64,000 nucleotides of DNA from an uncultured bacterium (GCA_963827235.1 CAWHAE010000012.1:736001-800000); one strand, 5' to 3'. Positions 48,793 through 60,185 are shown, counted from the stretch's first letter. Notes: generated by a model not told the origin, from the letters alone. A program made the numbers and translations.

Positions 48793-50040
48793 ATGGCAGT
48801 CGATCATCCGAGCAACGTGGGAAGCGTTGTCGGCGGGCGCTATCGCCTGATCTCTCTCCTGGGACGGGGTGGAGGAGGCGCCGTCTACCTCGCTGAGGAT
48901 ACCGAGCTATTCGACCGGCCGGTGGCTGTCAAGGAGATGGTCGAGCAACATGCCAGCCAGGCTGAGCGCGATGCGGCCGTGGCGCGCTTCACGCAGGAAG
49001 CAAAGATGCTCGTTACCTTGAGCCATCCCAACCTGCCCGACCTACGATCATACTTCGCCGAGGGCGGGCGCCATTACCTGGTCATGGAATACGTAGAAGG
49101 CACGACGCTGCTCGCCCAGCTCGAACAAGCGAACGGAGCATTGCCGCCGGCAATCGTGGCCGAGTGGGGCCGGCAGATCTGCGACGTGCTGTCCTACCTG
49201 CACAGCCGGACGCCGCCCGTGATCTTCCGCGATCTCAAGCCGTCGAACATCATGATTGACCGACTCGGCCACATCAAGCTCATCGACTTCGGTACTGCCC
49301 GCCACTTCGACCTGACAAAGAACACGGATACACTGAAGATGGGCAGCATCGGCTATGCGGCGCCTGAGCAGTACCAGGGCCAAGGACAGACCAGCCCGAG
49401 ATCCGATGTCTACGCCCTGGGCGTGACTCTGCATCAACTGCTCACCAACGCCGATCCCACCGCGCGCCCGTTCGTGTTCACGCCGCCGTCACTCCTGCGG
49501 CCAGAGATTCCCGAAGGGCTCAGTCGGGCCGTGATGCGGGCGGTCAATCTGGACCCGGCGCAGCGCTTCCAGTCCGCACTGGAGTTCCGCCGTGCTCTGG
49601 AACCGCGCGTGGCGGAGACCACCACCACACTGCTTAAGGTGATACCCGAGCCCGAGCCGAATCCCTGGGCCGTGGCATTACTCGGCCTGGTCGGCGCAGC
49701 CCTGATCGAGGGCGTGGTTCTTCTGCCCGAGCTACCCAATCTCGGTAAGGGCACCGCCAGCGCCGACTGGGCAGTCGACTACGGGATACTGGCGGGCGCC
49801 GCACTTGGCGCCAGCATCGGCGGCGCAATCGCCCCGGGCTGGCGGCGAAGGAGTCTCCCCGCCACGCTTGCGGCACTGGCCGGTGCTGCCGTTTTCTGCC
49901 TGGCCGTCGGGCTCGCCGTCATGGTCGGCATGGGTCACGGTGACCCGAAGCAGTTCTCCCTGCGTCTGCTCGCCGGTCTGGCACTACCGGCCGCCGGCGC
50001 CGGGGCTGCACTGGTGCGCGGTTTTCGCGTCGGCGAATGA
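48793..50040 (+). CDS. Ser/Thr protein kinase (Hanks-type) with C-terminal TM helices
   Basis: [50 protein letters not shown]; about four hydrophobic helices. Confidence 0.93.
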   Translation: MAVDHPSNVGSVVGGRYRLISLLGRGGGGAVYLAEDTELFDRPVAVKEMVEQHASQAERDAAVARFTQEAKMLVTLSHPNLPDLRSYFAEGGRHYLVMEYVEGTTLLAQLEQANGALPPAIVAEWGRQICDVLSYLHSRTPPVIFRDLKPSNIMIDRLGHIKLIDFGTARHFDLTKNTDTLKMGSIGYAAPEQYQGQGQTSPRSDVYALGVTLHQLLTNADPTARPFVFTPPSLLRPEIPEGLSRAVMRAVNLDPAQRFQSALEFRRALEPRVAETTTTLLKVIPEPEPNPWAVALLGLVGAALIEGVVLLPELPNLGKGTASADWAVDYGILAGAALGASIGGAIAPGWRRRSLPATLAALAGAAVFCLAVGLAVMVGMGHGDPKQFSLRLLAGLALPAAGAGAALVRGFRVGE

Positions 50041-50812
50041 CGATGGCCCGCGAAGAGTCGATGAAAGCCGGCAGTGCCCCCGAGGCGGAGCGGCCTCCCG
50101 GGCCGGAGCCGCTGACTATCGTCTATGAGGATCGCCACCTGTTGGTGGTGATCAAGCCGGCCGGCCTGGTGATGCATCCCGCCTACCGGCATCCCGACGG
50201 CACGCTCTGGAACATGTTGGCCGACCTGTTCGCCGCTCGGGGGAGCCTGAACGACCGCGCCTTCTGCATCGCCTGGACCGGGAGACGTCCGGTCTGGTAT
50301 GTGTGCCCAAGCGCCTGCCGGCACATCGCAGCCTGGAGCGCATGCTGCGACAGGGTCGCTTCGAGAAGCGCTACCTCGCGTTGGTCGAGGGCTCGGCACC
50401 TCTGCAAGGGACGATCGTGGAGCCGCTGGGGCGCGATCCGCTCGACCGTCGCCGTGCGTGCGTGCGGGCAGACGGCCAGCGAGCCGTAACGCACTTCACC
50501 GCGCTGAGGCGCTTCCCACAGACCACGCTGCTGCGAGTGGTGCTGGAGACCGGCAGAACGCACCAGATCCGCGCCCATCTCGCCTATCTCGGCCACCCCG
50601 TGGTCGGTGACTGCGCCTACGGCGGCAAGCCCGCGGTGATCGACAGGATCTTTCTCCACGCGGACAGGCTGGCCTTTCCTCATCCGATCACCAGGACGTG
50701 GATCGCATGCCGCGCTCCCCTGCCGCCCGAGCTCCGGGCCGCTCTGCGCCACGTGGCACGAGTGCAGGCGTTGGCAAGCTCATCGCTCCCGGAAGCTTGT
50801 GCATGCACGTGA
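50037..50812 (+). CDS. RluA-family pseudouridine synthase, frameshift in the G-run at 50239-50243
   Basis: [21 protein letters not shown] in the first frame; [40 protein letters not shown] in the second. Confidence 0.9.
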
Positions 50813-50868
50813 GCATGCGTCCGCCGCGCGTCACGGCAGCCACCCCGGCAGCACGCGCCGTGCCCGGA

Positions 50869-52167
50869 TCAGCACGTCGGGCTAGCCAGGTGTTCCGGCG
50901 CTGTCTCGCGGCTGCTGCGCCAGCCCTCCTCGCGCGCGAAGAGAAACCGTACTGCCTCGAGGTATTGCTCACCGAGCTCGGGATCGGCCGCAGCCCGCTT
51001 CATCCGCACTGCCAGGTGATGGAACATCTTGTTGACCAGGCGGTTCGCCAGCTCCTCGACGGCCAGCCGATCGCTCTCCGGGAGATGGCCGAGCAGGGCC
51101 AGCGTCCTGGCTAGCTCGACATCGCGCTGCTGGTCGACGTGCGCCCGAAGCTCGGTAATCAGCGGCACTGCCGCGCGCGTGCGATTCCATGCCTGCCACT
51201 CGTTCGCCGCTTCCTCCACCAACGTGGACGCCGCGGCGATCGCGTCTCTCAGCCCGCTCGGCTCCCTCGAGCCGTGCAGGTGATCGATGTCGATGAGCGT
51301 CACCCCGGGCAGCGCACCCACTGCAGGGTCGACGTCGCGAGGCACCGCCAGATCGGCGATGATCAGGGGGGAGAGATGACGGCCTTCGAGCATGCCAGCG
51401 GACAACATGATACTGGGAGAGCGCGTCGCAGATACGATGATCGTCGCGCTGCGAGCCGCGGGTCCAACGTCCGCCATCAGCACGTGGCGCCCCGCAATCG
51501 CGGAGGCAAGAGACGCGGCGGCCTCCGGCGTGCGGCTGGCAACTACAAAATCGCTCGCACCCAGGGCGCGCATCCGCCCCGCCGTGACAGCGTTCATGCG
51601 CCCGGCCCCAACCAACAGAACGCGCTGCGACGGCCAGTCGATTCCGCGCTCGCCGATCAGATCGACCAGCACGCTGCCCGCACTGATATCCACCCGTCCA
51701 AACGCGGTCTCGGTGCGTACACGCTTCCCGCAGCTGATGGCGACGCGGAACGCCGCGCCCAGGTAGGGGCCGCTGGCATTCAGCTCTCTCGCATGATCAA
51801 GAGCGTTGCGAACCTGCCCCAGAATCTGCGTTTCAGCGACCACCATGGACTCAAGCCCTGAGGCCACCGCGCAGAGGTGGCGTACCGCGTCCAGGCCTCG
51901 TCTAGTGATCAACAGATCGTCGAGCGTAGCCGCATGTTCACCCAGCAAGGCGACGAACGCGTCCCGCACGATCGCTATGCCTGCCTCGGGGTCGGACGCG
52001 GCGATGTACACCTCCGTGCGATTGCAGGTAGAGAGTACTGCTGCTTCCAGCACCGTCTCACTTGCGCGTAGCGCCTGCAGGAGGCTGGATGATGCTCTGC
52101 CGTCGAGCGCCAGTCGCTCCCGCAGTGCCAGCGGTGCGATAGTGTGGTCCGTCCCGACCACCGTCAC
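50869..52167 (-). CDS. hemA: Glutamyl-tRNA reductase (start approximate)
   Basis: G.DH..APL..RERL, LSTCNRTEVY, VASGLESMVVAETQILGQV, LVGAGRM, DLAVPRDVDP. Confidence 0.93.
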   Translation of the reverse strand: MTVVGTDHTIAPLALRERLALDGRASSSLLQALRASETVLEAAVLSTCNRTEVYIAASDPEAGIAIVRDAFVALLGEHAATLDDLLITRRGLDAVRHLCAVASGLESMVVAETQILGQVRNALDHARELNASGPYLGAAFRVAISCGKRVRTETAFGRVDISAGSVLVDLIGERGIDWPSQRVLLVGAGRMNAVTAGRMRALGASDFVVASRTPEAAASLASAIAGRHVLMADVGPAARSATIIVSATRSPSIMLSAGMLEGRHLSPLIIADLAVPRDVDPAVGALPGVTLIDIDHLHGSREPSGLRDAIAAASTLVEEAANEWQAWNRTRAAVPLITELRAHVDQQRDVELARTLALLGHLPESDRLAVEELANRLVNKMFHHLAVRMKRAAADPELGEQYLEAVRFLFAREEGWRSSRETAPEHLASPTC

Positions 52168-52365
52168 GGTAGGTGCCGTAGCGACGCTCCTGATATGAGT
52201 TCTGACTGCACCTTTGTTGCCGGTGCTCAGCGCGGGGCTCACCTTCAAGGTAGCTGCCGATCCCGATCCGGGCAAGCACGCCTTTCCTGACCCTAGCACA
52301 CGCCTTGTCTATAATAGGGAGGAGCTATTGGGCCGGTGGCAGCGAGCGATATCTGAGGAGTAGGC

Positions 52366-53622
52366 ATGTCCCGCTATGTTGTCAAGGGTGGGGCCCCCTT
52401 GCAAGGTGCTGTAGAGGCTGCTGCGAACAAGAACGCCGTGCTGCCGATCATGGCTGCCACGCTGCTGACCGACGACGAGTGCGTGCTGAGCAATGTACCC
52501 CAGATCACCGACGTGGTCGTCATGGGAAAGCTGCTCCGAGAGCTGGGCGCCCGGGTCGACGGCCTAGGCAGCAAAGAGCTGCGCATTTGCTGCGCCCCTG
52601 TGCGCGATTCGAACCTGAACCCGCATCTGGCCAAGAAGCTGCGGGCATCAGTCACTCTTCTGGCCCCGTTGCTCGCCAGGCACGGGCATGTGAGAACAAA
52701 CCACCCGGGAGGCTGCGTGATCGGCCGGCGGGACATCGACACCCACCTGGACGCTCTGACCGCGATGGGCGCCCGCGTAGGCGAGCTCGATGACGCCTAC
52801 GACATCACTGCGGATCGCCTCATCGGCTCCAGTATCTTCCTGGACGAGGCGTCGGTCACCGCCACCGAGAATACCGTGATGGCTGCCTGCCTCGCTTCAG
52901 GACGCACCGTGATCAAGCACGCTGCATGCGAGCCGCACGTGGAGGACTTCTGCACTTTCCTGGTCCACATGGGCGCGCGCATCTCGGGCATCGGCAGCAA
53001 CATCATCAGCGTGGACGGCGTCTCGGAGCTGCATGGGACGACGTTTCGCGTCAGCACTGATCATGTCGACGTGGGCACCTTCGCCGTTGCAGCCGCTCTC
53101 ACGGGAGGCGACGTACTGATCAAGAACTTCGTGCCCGCCGATTTCGAGCTCATCGGTCTGGTGCTCCGCCGAATGGGCGTGAACATGGAGATTGGCGAAG
53201 GTACGCTGCACGTCCTGCCATCCGACCTCGTGGCGACCCGCAAGATAGCCACAGACCCGTGGCCGGGCTTCCCGACCGATCTTGCCTCGGCCATGATCGT
53301 TCTCGCCACGCAGGCGGCTGGGACAACCCTCGTACACGACTGGATGTACGAGGGACGCATGTTCTTTATCGACAAGCTCGTGTCTATGGGTGCCAACATC
53401 ATCCTGTGCGACCCGCATCGCTGCGTGGTGACCGGCCCCACGCCGCTGAGGCGTGGCTCGGTGTATAGTCCCGATCTCCGGGCCGGCGCCGCGCTGGTGC
53501 TGGCCGGACTGACTGCCAACGGCACCAGCGAGATCCACGACGTCGAGCTGGTGGAACGCGGATACGAGAACTTCGTCGATCGCCTGAGTGCGCTCGGTGC
53601 CCGTATCGAGAAAGTGGACTGA
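52366..53622 (+). CDS. murA: UDP-N-acetylglucosamine 1-carboxyvinyltransferase
   Basis: KNAVLPIMAA, LRAS, PGGCVIGRR (active-site Cys), SVTATEN, PWPGFPTD, DLRAGAAL, RGYE. Confidence 0.96.
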   Translation: MSRYVVKGGAPLQGAVEAAANKNAVLPIMAATLLTDDECVLSNVPQITDVVVMGKLLRELGARVDGLGSKELRICCAPVRDSNLNPHLAKKLRASVTLLAPLLARHGHVRTNHPGGCVIGRRDIDTHLDALTAMGARVGELDDAYDITADRLIGSSIFLDEASVTATENTVMAACLASGRTVIKHAACEPHVEDFCTFLVHMGARISGIGSNIISVDGVSELHGTTFRVSTDHVDVGTFAVAAALTGGDVLIKNFVPADFELIGLVLRRMGVNMEIGEGTLHVLPSDLVATRKIATDPWPGFPTDLASAMIVLATQAAGTTLVHDWMYEGRMFFIDKLVSMGANIILCDPHRCVVTGPTPLRRGSVYSPDLRAGAALVLAGLTANGTSEIHDVELVERGYENFVDRLSALGARIEKVD

Positions 53623-53626
53623 AGGC

Positions 53627-54400
53627 GTGTTGCCGCTACTTGCCGCGTGCGCCGGGCTGCCGGACTGGCTCAACCATCTCAAGGTGCTCGGGATAAGTCT
53701 CAGCATCGCGCATATCCTGGACACGTACGGGTACGTGATGGTCGCAATCTTTATCGGGATCGAGAGCACCGGTATACCGTTTCCCGGCGAGACCATGCTC
53801 CTCTCGGCATCTGTCTACGCCGCGCAGGGATGCGGCATGCAGGAACAGTGGGTCATCCTGGCCTGCATAATCGGTGCCACCACCGGCGACAACCTCGGCT
53901 TCTGGGTGGGCCGTACGGGCGGCAGGGCGGTGATCAAGAAGATCCCGTTTGTGAAGGAGTCGCATCTCGCGCCGGCCGAGCGCTACTTCCAGAAGTACGG
54001 CGGCGCGACCGTGTTCTTCGGCCGCTTTCTCGCCGTGCTACGAGCTTGGGCGGCGTTCCTGGCGGGGCTCAATCGCATGCGGCCACTCAAGTTCTTCCTG
54101 TACAACCTGAGCGGAGCCACGATATGGAGCATAACATTCGGCATGCTAGGCTACGGTCTGGGCCGGAATCTTGGCAAGCTCAAGAGCATCGTCTCTGCGC
54201 TTGGACTGTTCGGCGCCATCGTGTTCTTCGTGATCGTGGGCATCGGAGTGGCCCTGTATCTGGCACACCGGCGCGCGTCTCAGGCAGTCCACACGCTTCC
54301 CCGGGCTGAACAGAGCGATCCCGCTCCCGCCCACTTTCCCCCACCCACGCCTGATCGGCAGCATTCGTCCCCGAGCGTGGAGGTCCAGGCCGGCGAGTAG
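53627..54400 (+). CDS. DedA-family membrane protein
   Basis: ESTGIPFPGET, GDNLGFWVGR.GG, VFFGRF..VLR..AAFLAG..RM. Confidence 0.9.
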   Translation: MLPLLAACAGLPDWLNHLKVLGISLSIAHILDTYGYVMVAIFIGIESTGIPFPGETMLLSASVYAAQGCGMQEQWVILACIIGATTGDNLGFWVGRTGGRAVIKKIPFVKESHLAPAERYFQKYGGATVFFGRFLAVLRAWAAFLAGLNRMRPLKFFLYNLSGATIWSITFGMLGYGLGRNLGKLKSIVSALGLFGAIVFFVIVGIGVALYLAHRRASQAVHTLPRAEQSDPAPAHFPPPTPDRQHSSPSVEVQAGE

Positions 54401-54536
54401 CCACTCCGTTCGAGCGCTCCTGTAGCCTTGCGAGGTCACTTCTTGCCTCTTCAGTAGGCGAAGATGGTGATAGTGTGAGCCGTTTCTCAGAGACTATACT
54501 TGACCTCGGCAAGACGCTACTGAACAGGCGGGAGCG

Positions 54537-57500
54537 ATGAGAGACACAGTCGGTATGCGGATTGGCGTACTGGCGCGTCAGGCTACCGGCAGCTACTGGG
54601 GTGCGCTGGTAGACGGGATTGACGACGCGGTGCGAAAGCACGGCGTGCAGGTAGTCGCCATCGAGACGGGCCAGTTCAATACGTTCCATCACGCCGGCTC
54701 ACCCGCGCCTGCATACAGCCCGGTAGCGGATGCCTATATCAGCGGCTACATCGCGGTCCAGGACTGCGTACCGCCCGACGTGATCAGGCGAATTCGCCAC
54801 CTGGGCAAGCCGGTGGTGTCGCTGAGCTCGCCGTCCGGCGCCACGCTCGGCCCAAACGTCGTGCCGGACAACGCGGCCGGTGTCGCGTCCGCGGTACAAC
54901 ACCTCTGGCAGCACGGACATCGCCGGATCGCCTTTGCAGGTTCCATGGGCGAGCCAGACCTGGACGAACGCTACCAGGGCTACCTGCAGGCTTTGCGCGA
55001 GCTCGGCGTCGATCCCGAGCCGAACTGGATGTACAGGCGCGCTGAGCCTCCAGGCCTCGCCGGCGTAGCCGCTGCGGAGGCGATGCTGGCATCCGGCTTG
55101 CCCTGTGACGCCGTGTTCGCGGTAACGGATGTGTGTGCCGCTGGACTTCTCGAACGGCTTCGGCAGGCAGGCATCAATGCGCCGCGGGATCTGGCGGTCA
55201 TCGGCTTCGACGACCATCCATGTGCCAACCGCCTCTCGCCGCCGCTCACCACGATCTGTCAGCGGTACGACGTGCTCGGCTCGGTAGCCGGGCAGGTAAT
55301 CATGGCGCTGCTGCTCGGCGAGTCGATCGCACAGCCGCAGATCCGTGTGCCGAACCTTCTACTCCGGCGCCAGTCGTGCGGATGCAAGCCGGTGCGGTTG
55401 AGCCTTCCTCCTCTCGTGATGGCTGGATGCACCCTCGACGGGGCGTGGAAGACCGAGCTGCACGGCGTCCTGGGAACGGCGCTCGTCACTGAGACGCTGT
55501 CGGAGCTGGGCGACGGCAGAAGCATCTGGCCCGAAGGCCGCATCGTGGTCGACGCTCTCGACGCTGCCCTGGCGGGCAAGACCCCGCCCGAACCGCAGTT
55601 AGTCTGGGAAGCCTGGAAGAAAGCCGGAGCAATTACCTCCAAGCCACAAGCGCTGGCAAACACGGTCGAGCTGCTGAGCCGCGCGGCGTTCGCGCTCTCC
55701 GAGCAGGAGTCTCCTGGGACGCGCGACCGCGCCGAGGCTTTCCTGGTCGACGGCTTCGACAGCATCATGTGCGGCCTGCACGCGAACACCGCCAGCGATA
55801 GCGCTCGCCACGGCGAGCTCATGCTGCGCAGCCATCGCTTGAGCCTGGCGCTTCTTGCCTCCGACCTCGCCTACGTCCCGTCCCTTGCCTGGATGGCCGA
55901 GACGGAAATGCGGGCCGCCTCCTTGGGAGCCTGGGCCGGGGGCAGCGGAGAGAGGCGCGAGCTGCGGCTGGTCGGTTCCTACCGCGCCGACGGCAGCCTG
56001 GCTATGGAGCAGGGCGAGACCGTTCCCATCGAGCGGTTTCCTCCCGTCAGCCTGCTCGAGGCCGCGCTGAGCGCACCGGAACACGAGAAGGTAGTGATCT
56101 TGGGAGTGCCGTCTCAGCACGAGGACTGGGGCGTGCTGGCCGTCGTGGGACCCACCTACAGCCGGGAGGACGAGACATTCACCCACGACGATCGAGGGAC
56201 CCGGCAGTGGGCGTCTTTGCTCGGCGCCGGACTCTCTCGTGACGATCTCCTGCGGTCGGTCGACAGACAGCGCCGGATCATGCAGGAAAGCCTCGAGCGA
56301 GAGCGGGCGCTCGCTGCCATCTTGAGGGAGAGCGAGGATCGTTACGCCCTGGCGACGCTCGGCGCCAACGACGGCGTGTGGGCCTGGAATCTGGTCACGA
56401 ATGACGTCTACTATTCGCCGCGCTGGAAGGCGATGCTTGGCTACGCGGAATCGGAGATCGAGCCGAACCCCGCGGGATGGCTGAATCTCGTGCATCCCGA
56501 GGATCGCGCGGGACTGCGGACCGCGATAGACGCGCACCTGGAGGGCAGGGCCAAGGACCTGACCTGCGAATATCGTATCCTGCAGAAGGACGGCTCCTAC
56601 GCCTGGATGCTCTGCCGTGGCCTGGCCGTACGCGCGGAAGGCAGCCGGCCCACCCGCATCGCGGGATCCCAGACCGACCTCACCGATCGCAAGCGCGCGG
56701 AGGAACAGATCGTCCATCAGACACTTTATGACGCGCTCACCGATCTGCCCAACCGCGACCTGTTCATGGACCGGCTCAGTGAAGCAGTCAGCGGCAGGCT
56801 GCGGGCGCAGGGCTTGCTGTTCGCCGTGCTGTCTATCGACCTGGACGACTTCAAAAAGGTCAACGACAGTCTTGGTCATGCAGCAGGCGACGAGCTACTG
56901 GTCGCCTGCGCGCAACGGATACGCTCCGGCCTGCGCTCCACGACGCTGCTGGCACGACTAGCAGGCGACGAGTTCGCCATTCTGATCGACCTTCTGGCAG
57001 AGCAAGAGGAAGCAGAACGCATTGCCCAGCGCATTCTGCAGGACGTCGAGCAGCCGTTTGTGATCGCCGACCAGGACCTCTACGTCTCTGCCAGCGTCGG
57101 CATAGCGCTGTCGGGGGACGATCAACGGAGCGCCGAAGACTTCCTTCGCGATTCCCACACTGCCATGCATCAGGCCAAAGCCGTGGGCCGGTCACGCTAC
57201 GTCGTCTTCAATCGCCAGATGCATATCGCCGCGCTGCAGCGCCTGGAGATGGAGCGCGATCTTCGGCGTGCCCTGGAGCACGACGAGTTCTGCGTGCACT
57301 ATCAGCCCATCGTGGACACCGAAACGCAGGTACCGACCGCGGTCGAGGCACTGGTCCGCTGGAACCACCCGGACAAGGGGCTCATCCCTCCAGCCCAATT
57401 CATTCCCATCGCCGAGGAGACGGGTATCATCATCCAGCTGGGCGCCTGGGTGCTTCGCGCGGCCTGCCTGCAGCTCTGCGCCTGGCACGCAACGGGTGCC

Positions 57501-58013
57501 CCAGGTCTATCGCTCTCGGTAAATCTGTCACCAGTGCAATTCCACGATACAGGACTCTGCGACATGGTCGCCGACATGATCGCCGAGACCAGGCTCGAGC
57601 CGGGATCGCTTTGGCTGGAGATCACGGAGGGCAGCCTTATGCAGGACGTCGACGCAGCGAGAACAACGCTGCGCACGTTGCAGCGCCTGGGCGTTCATAT
57701 CTCGATCGATGATTTCGGCACGGGCTACTCGTCCCTGGGCTACCTGAAGAGCTTCAAGGTCCAGACGATCAAGATCGATCGCTCGTTCGTGCGCGACATC
57801 CCCAACGATGCCAACGACGCCGCGATCACAACCGCCATCATTGCCATGGCCCATGCCCTCGGCGCAAAATGCATTGCCGAGGGTGTAGAAACGCCGGAGC
57901 AACTTGCGTACTTGAAGCAACACTCCTGCGACTCCATGCAGGGCTTCCTGTTCAGCAAGCCTCTGCCGGCCGACGACATGACTCGTCGTCTCGGCCTGCG
58001 CGCTGCCTCCTAA
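54537..58013 (+). CDS. LacI-type sugar-sensing domain + PAS + GGDEF + EAL c-di-GMP enzyme
   Basis: PDNAAG...[32 protein letters not shown]; PAS_3 ([17 protein letters not shown]); [20 protein letters not shown]; [27 protein letters not shown]. Confidence 0.92.
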   Translation: MRDTVGMRIGVLARQATGSYWGALVDGIDDAVRKHGVQVVAIETGQFNTFHHAGSPAPAYSPVADAYISGYIAVQDCVPPDVIRRIRHLGKPVVSLSSPSGATLGPNVVPDNAAGVASAVQHLWQHGHRRIAFAGSMGEPDLDERYQGYLQALRELGVDPEPNWMYRRAEPPGLAGVAAAEAMLASGLPCDAVFAVTDVCAAGLLERLRQAGINAPRDLAVIGFDDHPCANRLSPPLTTICQRYDVLGSVAGQVIMALLLGESIAQPQIRVPNLLLRRQSCGCKPVRLSLPPLVMAGCTLDGAWKTELHGVLGTALVTETLSELGDGRSIWPEGRIVVDALDAALAGKTPPEPQLVWEAWKKAGAITSKPQALANTVELLSRAAFALSEQESPGTRDRAEAFLVDGFDSIMCGLHANTASDSARHGELMLRSHRLSLALLASDLAYVPSLAWMAETEMRAASLGAWAGGSGERRELRLVGSYRADGSLAMEQGETVPIERFPPVSLLEAALSAPEHEKVVILGVPSQHEDWGVLAVVGPTYSREDETFTHDDRGTRQWASLLGAGLSRDDLLRSVDRQRRIMQESLERERALAAILRESEDRYALATLGANDGVWAWNLVTNDVYYSPRWKAMLGYAESEIEPNPAGWLNLVHPEDRAGLRTAIDAHLEGRAKDLTCEYRILQKDGSYAWMLCRGLAVRAEGSRPTRIAGSQTDLTDRKRAEEQIVHQTLYDALTDLPNRDLFMDRLSEAVSGRLRAQGLLFAVLSIDLDDFKKVNDSLGHAAGDELLVACAQRIRSGLRSTTLLARLAGDEFAILIDLLAEQEEAERIAQRILQDVEQPFVIADQDLYVSASVGIALSGDDQRSAEDFLRDSHTAMHQAKAVGRSRYVVFNRQMHIAALQRLEMERDLRRALEHDEFCVHYQPIVDTETQVPTAVEALVRWNHPDKGLIPPAQFIPIAEETGIIIQLGAWVLRAACLQLCAWHATGAPGLSLSVNLSPVQFHDTGLCDMVADMIAETRLEPGSLWLEITEGSLMQDVDAARTTLRTLQRLGVHISIDDFGTGYSSLGYLKSFKVQTIKIDRSFVRDIPNDANDAAITTAIIAMAHALGAKCIAEGVETPEQLAYLKQHSCDSMQGFLFSKPLPADDMTRRLGLRAAS

Positions 58014-58096
58014 CGCTTGTCAAGGCGCGGCGAGACCCGGAGGGCTTCGTTTGCGCGGCGAGCTTTGCGCTAGACTAGGGCAGAGGGGGGAACGAA

Positions 58097-58456
58097 ATGG
58101 CGCGAGTTTTGGTTGTCGACGACGATGCGATGATTCGTAGCTACATCGACATGGCACTGAAAGAAGAAGGGCACGAGGTCCTGGCGGCTGAGCACGGCGC
58201 GGCGGCGCTCAAGGTGCTCGAAGCAGCCAATCCCGATGTAATACTGCTTGATATGCGCATGCCCACCATGGATGGGTGGGAGTTCGCGCGCAGGTACCGT
58301 GCTAGTCCAGGGCAGAAGGCGCCGATTGTCGTGATGACGGCGGCACAGGATGCATCGCAGCGCGCCGAGCAGATCGGTGCCGATTTCTTCCTGTCGAAGC
58401 CATTTGACCTCGATGCGCTCTACGGCTGCGTCTCAAGGTTCACCACTCCCACCTGA
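58097..58456 (+). CDS. Single-domain response regulator
   Basis: VLVVDDD, ILLDMRMP.MDG, VMTA, LSKPF. Confidence 0.93.
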   Translation: MARVLVVDDDAMIRSYIDMALKEEGHEVLAAEHGAAALKVLEAANPDVILLDMRMPTMDGWEFARRYRASPGQKAPIVVMTAAQDASQRAEQIGADFFLSKPFDLDALYGCVSRFTTPT

Positions 58457-58655
58457 CAACCCGGACTGGGCGTGCTCGGCAGATCCGAAGGCAGTCGTGA
58501 GGGCTTCGGCCCCGGGATCGCCGGGCCGAAGCCTTGTGTCACGCTCTCCGAGCCCGCCCAAGAGATCGCTGCACAGCGCTGCCTATGCGTGACTTTGCTA
58601 CACTGATGCGAACGCAGGTGCGGAGTTGGCGCCTGGCAACGCACGGGAGTCGAGC

Positions 58656-58877
58656 ATGGAGGACCAGGCGCGGTTTCGTCGCCACAAGGGCGCTTGTCCG
58701 TTTTACCGGGAGAACTGGGTGAACTCCGGCGATGTCGCGTGCATGGGCACCCGGGAGGTTGTGCTATATGAGATCTACTGCCTGAAGGATACGCCACCCG
58801 TCACGGCGATGGAGCAGGATCGCTGCATGCATAGCCCTCACATGTGCTGGAGACTGCGCAAGCAGAAGGCGTCGTAG
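58656..58877 (+). CDS. Small Cys-rich hypothetical protein (73 aa)
   Basis: GGGAG RBS, extended -10 TGCTACACT upstream; five Cys (CPFY...C...YC...C......CWR). Confidence 0.7.
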   Translation: MEDQARFRRHKGACPFYRENWVNSGDVACMGTREVVLYEIYCLKDTPPVTAMEQDRCMHSPHMCWRLRKQKAS

Positions 58878-58904
58878 GCCGCGGCCCGCTGCCGCGCATG
58901 ACCC

Positions 58905-59156
58905 TCAGTCGACCTCGTTCTCCAGGGTCAGCATCTGTGCCCTAGCCTGCAGCTGCGTGAGGCGCAGGCGCAATGCCAGGAAGGCCGCGTCGCCACTTGC
59001 CTGCCCGTTAGTCGCCGCCTCCAGATCGTAGGCCTCCTGCAAGTCCTGGGCGAAGCTCAACGCGTCCGCGCTCAGCGCCCAATACTCCGCGATGTATTCG
59101 GGACCGGCATGGATCGCCTCGAGCAGTACCTCGAGGAGATGCAGGTCGTCGTGCAT
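58905..59156 (-). CDS. Small acidic helical hypothetical protein (83 aa)
   Basis: Protein-like amphipathic composition; fits between neighbours; start uncertain. Confidence 0.55.
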   Translation of the reverse strand: MHDDLHLLEVLLEAIHAGPEYIAEYWALSADALSFAQDLQEAYDLEAATNGQASGDAAFLALRLRLTQLQARAQMLTLENEVD

Positions 59157-59321
59157 GGTCACCCATCGAGTCTGCCAGGGAGCGAGGCTCCTCCTGCTTC
59201 GCTGCATGTCTACCTTCGCCTTGCCATCGCAAGGGCGAGGACCGATCGCCTCCCCTTGGCACAAGGATACCCTCATCACTATTTGCTTGATTGCCACGCA
59301 GTTGTGTGGCAGGGTGTGATC

Positions 59322-60185
59322 ATGAGCGGTATTCACCTCACCGCGGAAAGCTGGCCCTGGCTTCGTCTGCTGCATCCTTTTCCGTCGTGCCTCGTCTCCG
59401 CGTCGTGTGCCGTGTTCGCCGAGATGGCGCTGCACGGCCATAGTATGCCCGATCGGGTACTGCGGCTCGCCGCCTCAGTTCTGTGCTCGCAGTTCGCCAT
59501 TGGCTGCGCCAACGATGTGGTGGACCGGCACCTCGACCGTGCCACCAAGTCGTGGAAGCCGGTGGCACGCGGCGTAGTGAGCCGGCACGTGGCCACCGGG
59601 CTGGCCGTGGCGCTGTCGCTGACCAGTCTGGCGATCTCCCTGTCGCTTCCCTGGCCGACCGTGCTCGCAGCAGCTTTCGGGCTCGGATGCGGCCTGGCCT
59701 ACGACTTCAGGCTCAAGCGCAGCCGCTGGAGCTGGCTGCCTTATGGGCTGGCCATCCCCACCCTCCCGCTCTGGTCCTGGCTGGCTGCAGGAAAATTCAC
59801 GCCCAACCTGCTGCTCGCCTATCCGCTGGGCGTGCTTCTCGGCTTGTCCCTACACCTTGCCAACACCCTGCCCGATCTGGACGGCGACACTGCCTACGGT
59901 ATTGCCGGACTGGCCCACGGGCTGGGCGCGCGCCGCAGTCAGCTCGTCTGCTGGGCGGCTCTCCTGTGTGCACAGGCGCTCACTCTGGCCATGGCACCTC
60001 TGCTCGACTACGGCGGCGCCTGGTATCCGCCCGGACTCGGCCTCTCCTTCCTATTACTCGCGTCGACAGTCGTGTTGTGCCGTGTACGGCCCACGGTCGG
60101 CACGAAACAAATCAACTTCGGACTCCTGGCGCTGTCCTGCATCTCACTGGCGATCGGTTGGCTCGGCGGAGCTGCTACAGGGTAG
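59322..60185 (+). CDS. UbiA-family prenyltransferase
   Basis: NDVVDRHLD...K.WKPVARG (first Asp-rich motif), AYD..LK, NTLPDLDGD (second motif), multiple TM helices. Confidence 0.88.
   Translation: MSGIHLTAESWPWLRLLHPFPSCLVSASCAVFAEMALHGHSMPDRVLRLAASVLCSQFAIGCANDVVDRHLDRATKSWKPVARGVVSRHVATGLAVALSLTSLAISLSLPWPTVLAAAFGLGCGLAYDFRLKRSRWSWLPYGLAIPTLPLWSWLAAGKFTPNLLLAYPLGVLLGLSLHLANTLPDLDGDTAYGIAGLAHGLGARRSQLVCWAALLCAQALTLAMAPLLDYGGAWYPPGLGLSFLLLASTVVLCRVRPTVGTKQINFGLLALSCISLAIGWLGGAATG

Noticed and set aside
52195-52292. hemA leader containing GCCCC...CCGGCAAC...GGTGC, reminiscent of SAM-I/SAM-IV riboswitches
   Set aside because: No convincing P1 helix or AUC..GAG core, and P3 would be minimal. 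It may still be a structured 5' UTR; a cmscan run would settle it.
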